A stretch of 64,000 nt of DNA from Octopus bimaculoides. Taxonomy: Eukaryota. Position 1 is the first letter of the stretch. The number at the start of each line of letters is the position of its first letter. The stretch spans positions 6,426,788 through 6,490,787 of the forward strand of contig NC_068986.1 of NCBI RefSeq assembly GCF_001194135.2, written 5' to 3'. Position numbers and translations under genes: made by a program. The notes under the pieces are model-generated. The model did not search any database, was not told where the DNA came from, and saw only the letters and a list, made by a program, of their open reading frames with translations. This document shows, piece after piece, positions 1-11,087 of the stretch.

Positions 1-40
<40 letters not shown>

Positions 41-250
41 TAGGTAGATAGAAAGAGAGAGAGAGAGAGAGAAAGAGAGAGAAGTAGATTGATAAATGGA
101 CCTGAATTTACATATATACACAATACAAATATACATACATGCACAAATGGATACATACACACACATACATGTATGCACACACGCACACAAACATGCACAC
201 ACATGTGTGCACACACACACACACGCACACGCACACACATGCGTTCACAC
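1..250. repeat. Compound (TA)n/(GA)n/(CA)n microsatellite
   Basis: Direct inspection. Confidence 0.95.
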
Positions 251-849
251 ATGTGTATTTTTTCTTGTCCAAATTATCGAATGGATTTATCAATGACTTT
301 CATTTAACACCTGCTTTCATTTGATTTAGTGCTGCTGATGGAACTGAATAGTTCCCAGTGATAATTAACAGTTAATTAGCACTTAATTGTAGCACCTCGT
401 AGCACTGCCACCATTGTGTTTTACATACTTAAACAGCCTTCCTGAATCAAAATATTTCATTACAGCATTCCGACATATTTTCTCTTATGGAAGTCAATGA
501 AGGAGTCTCTTTACACTCACATGACTGACTAGAAACAGCAGCCATATCACTCCCTTGTTACAACAAATCATCTTAAATAAATAAAGAAGTATATTAGATA
601 ACGTATTCTTGCATACATCAAAAAAGATTGGATGGTTAAAGTTTGAATGCCTTTAACCCTTAGCCTGTCCAAAGCATTTTCATATGTTTGTTCTAAACAT
701 CCATACTTGTTCACAAACTTTTAGTTGGCCCTTATTACATTCTGACTAGAAACAGCAGCCAAGAGAGGGATTTGGCTGCTGTTTCTAGTCAGTCATCTAA
801 TAAGGGCCAACTACCACACACATATAAAGGAAATATTGTGGCCAATATA

Positions 850-1172
850 GGTGTCATTGGGCCTCATGGAGGCAATGATAGATAACCAAGACCTTAGGCA
901 ATATGCTGTGCTTGAGAAGAAAGCCCATCAAGCCAAGTAAAATTATAGTCATGGCAGATACTGGTGTCGTGCAAGTGGCACATAAAAGCACCCATTACGC
1001 TCTCAGAGTGGTTGGCGTTGGGAAGGGCATCCAGCCATAGAAACCATACCAAATTAGGCTGGGGTTTGGTGCAGCCCCTCAGCTTATCAGCCCTGGTCAA
1101 ACAGTCCAACCCATGCCAGTATGGATAATGGACGTTAAATGATGATGATGAGGATGAGGATGATGATGATAA
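850..1172 (+). mobile_element. SINE family D (RTE-like 3' tail ending in (GAT)n)
   Basis: gagtggttggcgttgggaagggcatccagcc...gtccaacccatgccagtatgg...ggacgttaaatgatgatg. The same family recurs at 4893-5013, 7921-8085, 27625-27760, 49625-50003 and 43606-43660 (-). Confidence 0.8.
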
Positions 1173-1294
1173 AGCTTTCCTTTTGTAAGTCCGAAGTTAC
1201 TCTGGTGATTGAGAAAAACTGGGGCTGTGTATCATATATGATGTATGGACACCAGGGAAACAAATGTCTTCTGTGTATCACTGATGCACAGGAT

Positions 1295-1297
1295 AGC

Positions 1298-1363
<66 letters not shown>

Positions 1364-1378
1364 GGTGGTGGTGGTAGC
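1295..1378. repeat. (TAG)n(TGG)n trinucleotide repeat
   Basis: Direct inspection. Confidence 0.95.
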
Positions 1379-1779
1379 GGAAAATAAAGTGATTTGCTCA
1401 AGTTTAAAACGTGTAGCTTGGTCTGGGAGTCTAACCCACAATCTAGTGATCACGAGTGCAACACCTTAACCACTAGGTCGTGTGCCTACATAGGATAGAC
1501 TAATTGTTAATTGTGGTTGAACAATAACAACGTTAATAAAACAAGTATAACAAACAACAAACATCAACAACAGCAGCCGCACCAACATCAACAATATCAA
1601 CATACCATGACACCATTTTTTAATCTAATATTATATTAGAACATTCTAAGACACACCTTTGAAGTATCATGACTCAAATGTCAGAACAAATCTCTCTCTC
1701 CATAGTGTGAGCGTTTTTTTTTTTTTTTTTTAATTATACAGATGTATTTTCTTGTTTTATGCCAATTAACTCCATAGAC

Positions 1780-2571
1780 CAGTGTTTCCCAACCTTTTTT
1801 CCCGGCGCCCCACTTTTTCATAGCAAAAGTTTTTACGCCCCACCTTTTCCCATGTCCACTCACATTTACAAGTACATGTGGGCCTACTTACAGTTGAAAA
1901 AAATCAAAAATTAAAAAATTGTATTCAAAATACAAAAAAATAGCTTGAGAATTGAAACAACAGGCACTGAAAGTGCATAACACCCAATAAATCGATAAAA
2001 TTATTACGATTTCTCATGTTTTTAAAAAATGTCAATTTATAAAGAATAAAGAAACACGTTTTTTCAGTTCAATTATTTGACGGTCAGCTTGACTAATTTA
2101 GTGAGAACCCTGTGCCTGATGCATACAGCACAAGTTTTTAATTTGAGGAGACAACTTTGTTAATTTCAGTCGTAAATCGCCACGTTTTGTAATCTCAAGC
2201 CGGTTTCTCTTGGCTTCGAGCAAATTATCAACTGCACTAAAACCACATTCGACCAAATAAGACGAGGCAATTGATTGGCTTATCTGAATAGTAATGCCAG
2301 CAGTTCCTGTCGATGAAAATTTCATGCATCATTTACTGCCAGTAGTGATTCATGCTACATGTATAGGGATGCGCGTAAGTTTATTGCTCAGTGCGGGATC
2401 TTCTTTGTCTCGCTGGGGTGCGAGAGTTTCCGATGTGGAGGCTTCAAAGGAAAGACGGAATCTAAGATTGTGCCTGTGATGACCGCTCGTCATGTACAAA
2501 TATTTTCACAGCCCACGTCTATGCCCCGCGCCCCACCTGAATTTTCTCAGGCCCCACCTTGGGAATCACTG
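1780..2571 (-). mobile_element. Internally deleted hAT (Buster/Charlie-type) DNA transposon retaining the transposase C-terminus
   Basis: TIRs CAGTGTTTCCCAA / TTGGGAATCACTG. Perfect 8-bp TSD CCATAGAC (1772-1779, 2572-2579; NNNTANNN). Minus ORF 2098-2325 (SSYLVECGFSAVDNLLEAKRNRLEITKRGDLRLKLTKLSP...HQAQGSH) resembles the Buster-family dimerisation domain. Confidence 0.9.
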
Positions 2572-2704
2572 CCATAGACTCTAAGGAGGTTAACTGGCAG
2601 ATTTATTAACATGCTGGACAAATTACCTTGCAGTAATTTTAATGAACTTTTGTCTTCTGAGTTCAAATCAAAGATTAAAAAGATAAAACACCAAACAAAT
2701 AATA

Positions 2705-3138
2705 TATTGGGTCATCCTATAAATAATGCTGGTTTTTCAATTGCATGAACTAAAAGTCGAGGGGGGATGGGATAAACTACCTGCATCAACTTCCTATAAA
2801 AGCAGGTGGTAGTTTTACCTTGGCCTTATTTTTAGTGCAAGTTTTGAAGAGTGCGGTTCAATTTTAACAGTTATTTTTTCAAAGTTATAATGGAAGTGAC
2901 AAAGGAGCATATTCAGCGTATTTTACTGAATGAGTTCAATAAAGGCAACAATGCAACAAAAAGTGCAAGGAATATCAATGCAGTATATGGGGATTGGATA
3001 GTAAGTGTAAGTCAATGTCAACGGTGGTTCCAGAAATTCCGAGCCGGACACTACAGCCTAGAAGAAGAGCCTCATCCTGGAAAATCTGTAGAGCTCGATG
3101 AGGACGTCCTGCAAACCCTGGTGGAACAAAAACCCATA
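2705..3138 (+). mobile_element. 5'-truncated-to-HTH mariner remnant (left TIR plus N-terminal transposase HTH)
   Basis: TA-TTGGGTCATCCTATAAATAATG left end. ATG at 2890 reads MEVTKEHIQRILLNEFNKGNNATKSARNINAVYG...CQRWFQKFRAGHYSLEEEPHPGKSVELDEDVLQTLVEQKP, a Mos1-type HTH; the similarity ends at about 3138. Confidence 0.88.
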
Positions 3139-3189
3139 CAAATTAAAATACTATGTAAGGTAGTGAAATTAAAGTCAAATACCATACAT

Positions 3190-3600
3190 GTCAGTATGTG
3201 GCAGAGAATTGCTTCCCAATTACAGGGTTTTGGGGTCCAATTCCACAGCATTGCATCTTAGCCAAATCTCTTCTACTATAGCCTCAGCCTGATCAAAGCC
3301 TTATGAATGAATTTGAATGATGGAAACTCTAAGAAGCCCATTGCATATGTGTGTGTGTGTGTGTGTGTGTGTTTGTGTGTGTATGTTTGTTTGTTCCCAG
3401 CACTCTTGATAATAGGTGTTGGTGTGTTTACATCCCTGTTACTTAGCAGTTCGGTAAAAGAGACTGATACAATAAATACCTGGTTTTTAAAAAAAGCAAA
3501 CAATTAGTATTGGTGTTGATCCATTTAACTAAACATTCTTCAAGCCCGTGCCTCAGCATTGTCACAGACTTAGGACTGAAACCAAAAAATAATGATAAAG
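3190..3600 (+). mobile_element. tRNA-derived SINE family A (degenerate)
   Basis: Shares the body ...cttctactatagcctc...gatggaaact..agaagccc (GT)n ...gtgtttacatccc..aacttagcagttcg... with other copies. Confidence 0.7.
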
Positions 3601-4057
3601 GATCTGTTTGTGAATAGCAGAGAATAAACTGACACTGATTTGTCAGTTTAAGGCAGCATATAAAATACTTTGTGCATTGGTAAATGGCACAGAATGAAAT
3701 AATATAGCACGTTTGTCAGTGAATGGCAGTGTATAAAATGCTGTGTATGTTAGTGTATATCACTGACTTGGCAGAATTGTTTGAGCTTTGAGTTCATGTC
3801 CGACTTTGTCTTTCATCAATACAATATTAAGAAATATAAAGCATTGGTGAAGTTCTGGAGCTGATTCTCCTCTCTCCTTTTGCGTGTCTGTTTGTCTGTC
3901 ACTTTCTGAATTGGCTACATTGTATTGTGTAGAAGAGTTGCGAGAAATCACTTACGGTGTCTCTTTCTCAAGAAATGCAGAAGGATTGAATGAGGAACTA
4001 GCAGCCTTTTCTCATGGAAAACAGATATGTTACAGGAACTATTAAAGAATGTCCCTA

Positions 4058-4280
4058 TATGAGGAGATGCTGAAAAGGTCTTAGCTTTGTGTAAAAGAAA
4101 AGAACAGGAGGATCAGTTAATTATGATTTTATCCAACATATTCGCCTTTTAGATTCACACACTTATTGCAGCAGTCCTTTAGTTTTTCTAAACCCTGTGA
4201 AAGAACTTGGAAGATTGGGGCTCCTAACCAGGCGTTTCACAATACCCTTAAAGCCAGGAACTTTCCAGCACTCCTTCTTA
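4058..4280 (-). mobile_element. Mariner-derived MITE (~220 bp)
   Basis: Imperfect ~31-bp TIRs tatgaggagatgctgaaaaggtcttagcttt / aaagccaggaactttccagcactccttctta with TA ends. The interior resembles the 3' end of a mariner transposase. Confidence 0.75.
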
Positions 4281-4892
4281 CTTTGCACAGCATAGAATGG
4301 AAATTAAGAACATGAATATGTTAGCACAGGTGACCTTTTTAACATTAAACGATATTCCCTGAAATAATTAAGATTTGTCTTATATTCCACATATAAAATT
4401 GGATTCTTAAATCCTGTGGTACACACAGTGGACATGGTTGATGAATGGCTAACCTCTAACTTGTTAACTCCGACGTGTTTTGTAGAGCCAGGCATCTTAT
4501 TAGCCAGCATGTGCAGGATATAAGTAAGATTAAATCTGTTCCTATTGCATTCTGAATAAGGTCATGTTGGCACTCCTCTTCTTCTTGGTATTCCATCATG
4601 AAAAAATAATTGGAATTGTCAAATTCTTTATCTTATTCATCGCCCAATTTGTGAATGAATCAAATTACAGTGTTGTTTGTTCTTCTTTAATGTGTCCATC
4701 TACCTACACATTAATCCTCTGAGAAAATTCAGTTGAAAGCACAAGGCTGGGAATTTGTTCTCATATCATAGTCTAGAATTTGTTAGTGTTTTATAGTATC
4801 CTGTTACTATACACAACATATCTGGAATTAATTACTTATGTGTAAACATAGTGAGATAGTCCATAACTAACAGTTAATTTATATATATATTA

Positions 4893-5013
4893 TATGCCAA
4901 ATTGGATTGGAGCCTGGTGTTGCCATCCGGTTTCACCAGTCCTCAGTCAAATTGTCCAACCCATGCTAGCATGGAAAGCGGACGTTAAACGACGATGATG
5001 ATGATGATGATGA
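4893..5013 (+). mobile_element. SINE family D, 3' fragment
   Basis: Near-identical to 7965-8085 and 49905-50003, with a (GAT)n tail. Confidence 0.8.
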
Positions 5014-5139
5014 TTATATATTTAGATTTATAAGTGGCTAAATAAATAGTTCCTAAGACTATTATACTTAAAAGGCTTAATTTTTTTTTTTTACTAAAAT
5101 CCTTCTGGATTTCACCTAGATGTTTTTTTATATATATAA

Positions 5140-5182
<43 letters not shown>

Positions 5183-5185
5183 TAT

Positions 5186-5748
5186 GACGGGTTTCTTTCA
5201 GTTTCCGTCTACCAAATCCACTCACAAGGCTTTGGTCGGCCCGAGGCTATAGTAGAAGACACTTGCCCAAGATGCCACACAGTGGCACTGAACCCGGAAC
5301 CATGTGGTTATTTAATCAACTATAACAACTCTCTCAAAAAAGTGTCTATGCTAGAAATATTCTTTCTTGGATTTCTTTCACTTGTTTCAGTCACTAGATT
5401 GTGGCTACGTTGGAGTCTACTTTGAAGAATTTTAGTTGAATGAATCAACCCTAATACATATTTTTTTAAAGCCTGATACTTATTCTATTGGACCCTTTTG
5501 CTGAACTGCTAAGTTACAGAGACATAAACACATCAACCATGGTTGTCAAGTGGTGGTGGGAACAAACCCAGATGCAAAGACACACACACACACACAACAG
5601 GTTTCTTTCAGTTTCTCTCTACCAAATGCACTCACAAGGCTTTGGTCAGCCCAAAGCTATAATAGAAGGCACTTGCCCAAAGTTTCATGCTATGGGATTG
5701 AACCCAGAACCATGTGGTTGGAAAGCAAATTTCTTACCACACAGCCAT
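5186..5748 (-). mobile_element. Two adjacent SINE family A copies (5186-5310, 5371-5748)
   Basis: Reverse complement of tggctgtgtggtaag...ggttc.gggttcagt.ccactg.gtggcaccttgggcaagtgtcttctac (A/B-box-like head). Confidence 0.85.
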
Positions 5749-6021
5749 AAACAAATATTCCTTGCCCTCATATTTTCTAGAGGTAGGTTTGCAGAGGCAT
5801 GACAAAGTCAACATAAAGCTAGACTTTGTAACAGTGGTATGCCTATCCAAGGTTATACATATAGCCTTATTATACCCAATATCATCTTGTCCTGTCTGAT
5901 TAATCAATTAAAAGCACAAGAAACTTTGGATTTGAAGCAGAAACCTTATTATAATTAACAACTAAACATTCGGCTGTTAAATTCCACTAGTGTGATGTTC
6001 AGGATCATGTGTATGGTATAG

Positions 6022-6061
6022 CACATGATGATGATGATGACGGTGATGGCGATTATGAATG

Positions 6062-6097
<36 letters not shown>

Positions 6098-6310
6098 CGA
6101 TGACAGTAACAATGATAACAATGACATTGAAGATGAGAATGACGATGATGATGATTATGATTATGGTGATGGTAGTGGTAGTGGTGGTGATGATGATGGT
6201 GGTGATGGTTATGATGATGCTGTCAACAATGATAATGATAATAACAATAACGACAATGACAACAATGATGGGGACAATAGTGATGACAATGATGATGATG
6301 ATGATGAAGA
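6022..6310. repeat. Degenerate (GAT/GAC/AAT/GGT)n trinucleotide array
   Basis: Source of the spurious poly-D and poly-M ORFs. Confidence 0.95.
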
Positions 6311-7920
6311 GGAAAAGGAAAAGGAGAAGAGGGTAAGAGTAACAATGGTGAAAATGATGGACAGTGATGGTTTAGGAAAGTGGGTTATACATCATTAGAT
6401 GTACACCTGACTTTCCTATATTAAATTAGAAGTGAACGGAACGCAGAACTCCAAACTGATCAACAACAACAATATTTATTTAAAGAGGTAAAATGGACAG
6501 CCTCCAATTGTCCGGTTTCTGAGTAGCCTCCTGTGAGAAAGTCTGGTTGTAGATGTACTGTCCCTTGAGTTGAATCGTTGGAGAGACAACTTGGTTCAAC
6601 CACACTCAATGAGAGAGCTTGTTTTAGACGTCTTGCTTGTTCGCTGTCTGGCGTGGTAAGAGACAGAATTAAGCGGGAACACTTGGACGTTGAAATCCAC
6701 GCATGCGTGGTTAAAGATGCAGTAATGGCGACTATGCTTTTTTTGGCACCATATGCCGTCACTACAATGGCAACAACGCTAACGATGTGATACAACAATG
6801 GTGATGATAATGATGATGATGATAACAACAAAAGTGATATCAATAAAAACAATGTCTGTGAGGATCTTGCAAACATATCCGTGTTCATTGATCTGTCGTA
6901 GATTCTTTTTAATCACACCTTTTATATGTTCCCGATGAGATATTATGGGCGTAACTAAACTTTCACATCACTTTTTAGGTATTTCCTGTTGTATTATTGT
7001 AGAAAGATGGCAGATTAGTAAAAGTGATAATATTTTAGTTATCTCCCTTTATATTCTGAGTTCAAGATTTGTTAAGATCCACTTTATTTTTCATCCGTCC
7101 GGTGGTGTAGTGGAACTGATTTAATTGACAATACACATCGTTACCAAAATATATATATATATATGTAAACAATATATGAGTATATGCATATATATGTACA
7201 TGTATGTATATACGTTCATCTACATGTATGTATATACGTTCATCTACATGTACATATAGATACATAACTAGGTACATGACGTGACAAAAGAACAAGGACA
7301 AAATGGTAAACAAGGTGCAACAAACAAGCAGGCCACATAGAAACATCCCCTTCATCAGCTGCCACCATTAAAACTCTGGCGTTTCGAAGAATTAAGGCAG
7401 TACGCATCGTTAAAATGGTTCTTCCCACGAACACAAATTAAATTGTTTTCGTGGAGGGTAGTGGCGGACGGAATATATACACACACACACACANNNNNNN
7501 NNNNNNNNNNNNNNNNNNNNNNNNNNNNNNNNNNNNNNNNNNNNNNNNNNNNNNNNNNNNNNNNNNNNNNNNNNNNNNNNNNNNNNNNNNNNNNNNNNNN
7601 NNNNNNNNNNNNNNNNNNNNNNNNNNNNNNNNNNNNNNNNNNNNNNNNNNNNNNNNNNNNNNNNNNNNNNNNNNNNNNNNNNNNNNNNNNNNNNNNNNNN
7701 NNNNNNNNNNNNNNNNNNNNNNNNNNNNNNNNNNNNNNNNNNNNNNNNNNNNNNNNNNNNNNNNNNNNNNNNNNNNNNNNNNNNNNNNNNNNNNNNNNNN
7801 NNNNNNNNNNNNNNNNNNNNNNNNNNNNNNNNNNNNNNNNNNNNNNNNNNNNNNNNNNNNNNNNNNNNNNNNNNNNNNNNNNNNNNNNNNNNNNNNNNNN
7901 NNNNNNNNNNNNNNNNNNNN

Positions 7921-8085
7921 TCTCTGAGTGGTTGGCGTTAGGAAGGGCATCCAGCTGTAGAAACTCTGCCAAATTTAGATTGGAGCCTGGTGTTGCCATC
8001 CGGTTTCACCAGTCCTCAGTCAAGTCGTCCAACCCATGCTAGCATGGAAAGCGGACGTTAAACGATGATGATGATGATGATGATA
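7921..8085 (+). mobile_element. SINE family D, 3' part after gap
   Basis: ctgagtggttggcgttaggaagggcatccagctgtagaaac...gcggacgttaaacgatgatg. Confidence 0.8.
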
Positions 8086-8479
8086 TATATGCATATATGG
8101 GTACAGGACGTCACCAACAGTAAAGAACATGAAATACAAAAACAAATGAGTTCAATATGCAAACAAGAGAAACAAATGGAAAACAGGACAAGTAACATAA
8201 AGAACGACCCTTCATCAGTTGGCAGTCCTGTTTTCCACATGATTTCCTTTTCTAAAATTATAAGATATTGGTCAGTCCAAGGCTAAAATGGAAGACACTT
8301 GTCTAAGATAGGTACTGCCTTGGGCAAGTCAAATCCTTCTGTATGTTGATGACTTGGTTCTTGTATAAACCATATTGTAACTGAATAATGTTTGAAATTT
8401 GAAAAAGAAATATTGTGAGTTACATGTAAAACATTGAGCTGTTTTCCCTTAGAATTGCTTTATTCTGGAACTGTATTCT

Positions 8480-8880
8480 TTAATATTACTTTGAATTAGG
8501 TTCCTCTGCATTGTCAGTTGTGGCCCAGTTTGGTTGATTTGGTGTTATTCTTCCTATCCCTATTCAGCTAGGCTTTTTCACATTTGAGATCTTTCAGGGG
8601 TTTTTGGCCAGTCCTTTTCTCATTTTTGTTCTAGTGTTCAAATCATTGTCGTCTTTGCATGCCAAGTGACTGGCAGGTACAAAATGTGATCTGCCAGGCG
8701 AAATAGATGCAACACCAACATGTTTTACAATGGTTGAGATTTACTGTATGGAGAGATTTCTCTGTTTGTAATTCCATCACATTGGGTGACTTTGAGAATC
8801 TTCCATAGGCATCATTTGTGGAAAGTCTTCAGCTTCTTAGCCACTTTTGTTGACATTTTCAATGTTTCACTGCTTGAAGG
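8480..8880 (-). mobile_element. Degenerate RTE-clade LINE 3' fragment
   Basis: Minus-strand translation SSETLKMSTKVAKKLKTFHK*CLWKILKVT...ITNREI...FRLADHILYLP..HAKTTM resembles the RTE post-RT region; it contains multiple stops. Confidence 0.65.
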
Positions 8881-8910
8881 AGAAGCCCAAGAGGTGGGGC
8901 TACACAAGAT

Positions 8911-9518
8911 CAAGATGATGGAACTCTCAAATCACTCACTGAAGATGACATAAGACAAGTCGAAGACTTTGAATATCTCAGTGCATGTTTAACCTCATCA
9001 GAGAGAGAACTCAAGACAAGAAAGTTCCAAGCTTGGAATGCCATCAGCAAACTAGACAGGACTTGGCAGTCATCACTCCCAAGAAGACAAAAAGCCATGT
9101 TCTTCAAAGCAATGGTTGAAAGTGTGCTACTTTACTGGTCTGAAACTTGGACCCTGTCAAAAACGTTGCAGGAGCGACTAGATGGAGTAAGCTAAATCCG
9201 CTCACTCCAACGTGCACTGCATATCGAATGGCAACAGAGGGTGACCAATAAAAACCTCTACAGGAACCTTCTCCTGATATCAGAGGTGGTCTGTTTTGCT
9301 GGGCACTGCTACTGAGCCAGGAATGAATGCACCAAGGATGTGTTACACTGGGAACCAGTGTATGGTTACAAGAGCAGAGCTTGACTGGCTACAACATATT
9401 TTGACAGACTAGTGATTGACAACAGCCTATCAGCTCTTGAGCTGAAGTCGGCAATGGAGGACAGAGACTATTGGAGGAACATCTGTTCAGATCAAGGAAA
9501 CTTGATCCAATCAATCAA
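8911..9518 (+). mobile_element. 5'-truncated RTE(-X-like) LINE 3' end with (TCAA)n tail
   Basis: Translation ...QVEDFEYLSACLTSSERELKTRKFQAWNAISKLDRTWQSSLPRRQKAMFFKAMVESVLLYWSETWTLSKTLQERLDG*...RALHIEWQQRVTN matches the RTE RT C-terminus. Ends in ccaatcaatcaa. Confidence 0.85.
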
Positions 9519-10229
9519 AAAGTTCTACTAATTGGTAAACTCAAATACTTAGCATCAACCACAAGATCCTTTTCCACTTCCAACGTCATGCATTTCTTGC
9601 CAGCCTGTTTTTTTCTCGTGTCTAGTGACTGTATAGAATTGTGAAAACAGATTTGTCAAACAATTGTAAAAACGAAATGCATATATGTAGATCTATAGAC
9701 ATTTTCAAATGTTTTTTGTCATGTGTTATTTCAGAGAAAATATTTTTATTTTGGTTCAAAATTTAAACAAAAATTTAGTGGTGAAACAGTGATCGCATTC
9801 CATCACACTTCCCTTGTATATATTTTGAGTTTGTTAACCTAATAATATATAGACACGTAAATAAATATACTTTACAAGTGTGTCAAGTGAAAGTATTTTT
9901 CAGTAAACAAAGAGGATTTACTGTAATAAGGAAACATTTCAGCTGACAGTATTGAATACCAAATTAATTCTCTCTCTCTCTACACACACACACATAAATA
10001 TATATACGACAGTATCGACCAAAGACCATCAGGTGTTATTGTACATTGCTGGTCACAATGCGCTTCCGATAAATGTATATATATAAGGTACAGAGAAAGC
10101 GAGAGAACAGGGGAGTTAACAGGCATCAAATTATCATGTTAATAATTAGGGTTAATCTTAGCAGATAAAAATAAAGTCTAGAAATGTTGAAGAATGACAT
10201 AAACTGTGAAATTAGATGAAAGGTAGACT

Positions 10230-10620
10230 TGAACAAACGAGACGGATGTGACAGTAGAATGAGAGTAAAAGAGAAAGGGGGGTGAGCGGTAGAAAGAGAG
10301 TGGGAGAAAGCAAGAGAGTGAGCGAGAGAGTGTAAACAGAAACAATAATTGAAAAAGCATTGATTGAGGATGGAGACAGAGTAAAAAGGCAACAAGAAAG
10401 AGAGAGCGAATGAAAGAGCGAAGGTGAAAGAAGGAGAGAGAAAAGGATTAAAAGAAAAAGAGAGAGAAGAGAAAAAGAGAGAGGAGAGAAAGCGAGAAAG
10501 GAGAGTGAGAGGAAATGAGAAGTAGTGAAACCGCTAATCTTCCGCCTACGCATGCGCAAATACTTTAGAAGTTGCAGGCGGTTTTTACCTCCTTGTACTG
10601 GCAGAAGTTGAATGAGGGAG
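10230..10620 (+). promoter_or_regulatory. Putative UGCG promoter: GA-rich tract followed by an NRF1-like motif TACGCATGCGCA (10547-10558)
   Basis: About 300 bp of GA-rich sequence, then a CpG cluster containing an 11/12 match to the NRF1 consensus TGCGCATGCGCA, about 430 bp upstream of the ATG. It marks the start of the CpG-rich domain. Confidence 0.5.
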
Positions 10621-10981
10621 TGTATTTTATTTGATAAAATAGAGAGAACCGTTGCTGCTGCTCCCTTTAGTGGCTGCTTACACGGGAGGTAGGTAGCTGC
10701 GGCTACTAACAACAGTAACACATATCCATCGTCAAAACTGCTGGTAGAAACCCCCAACAGTTTTACAGAAGCGGAGAGAGAGAGACAGACATTACCGGTT
10801 TTGTTTTACCCTCTCAAGAACCTCCAAGTTTCTTCTCTACATCAGACGGGAAATATAGTAAAACTAAAAAAAAACAAACAAGCAACCAAATATATATATA
10901 TACATAAATGTATATATAATTATTTTTATAGAAGATTATAAAATATATATATTCAATAACACATCTTAAGACATAGCCAAC

Positions 10982-10993
10982 ATGTCGAGATGA
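10982..10993 (+). promoter_or_regulatory. Micro-uORF (Met-Ser-Arg-stop) whose TGA overlaps the UGCG ATG (ATGA)
   Basis: gccaacATGTCGAGATGAcc: ATG at 10982 has A at -3; the stop at 10991-10993 overlaps the main ATG at 10990-10992. Confidence 0.55.
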
Positions 10994-11087
10994 CCATAGT
11001 CCATTTAGTTTTGACAGGTATATCTATCATCACCCTATGTGGATGGTGTTTTGTATGGTTCATCCATTTGTGCGCTCTTATATACGG
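10990..11087 (+). CDS. UGCG: First coding exon of ceramide glucosyltransferase (UDP-glucose:ceramide glucosyltransferase, GT21); N-terminal signal-anchor; phase-2 intron follows
   Basis: ATG at 10990 reads MTIVHLVLTGISIITLCGWCFVWFIHLCALIY-G(G) and ends at the donor CGG|GTGAGT (11088-11093). It aligns ungapped to human UGCG [33 protein letters not shown] (recalled), with M1, L6, L8, G10, W23, H26, A29, I31 and Y32 identical. The 98-nt length and phase 2 match human exon 1 as I recall it. Only 33 codons are visible. Confidence 0.85.

Noticed and set aside
89-1469. Poly-HT, CV, L, S, T, V ORFs in the ORF track (and similar ones throughout, e.g. 6009-6398, 39854-40117)
   Set aside because: Translations of microsatellites; no coding signal.
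3950-4030. Minus-strand GTAAGT donor suggesting an upstream divergent gene
   Set aside because: No convincing open exon or homology, and it is adjacent to a MITE.
7330-7400. Minus-strand GAAAC...CTGATGAAGGGG (also CTGATGAAGGG at ~8210), hinting at a Penelope-associated hammerhead ribozyme
   Set aside because: The core motifs are in permuted order and I could not build stems I-III with adequate pairing. It may be a decayed Penelope-like terminal repeat, but no ribozyme is supportable.
10212-10757. 181-aa minus-strand ORF over the promoter
   Set aside because: Non-ATG start; half of it is the CT-rich complement of the GA tract; no recognisable domain.
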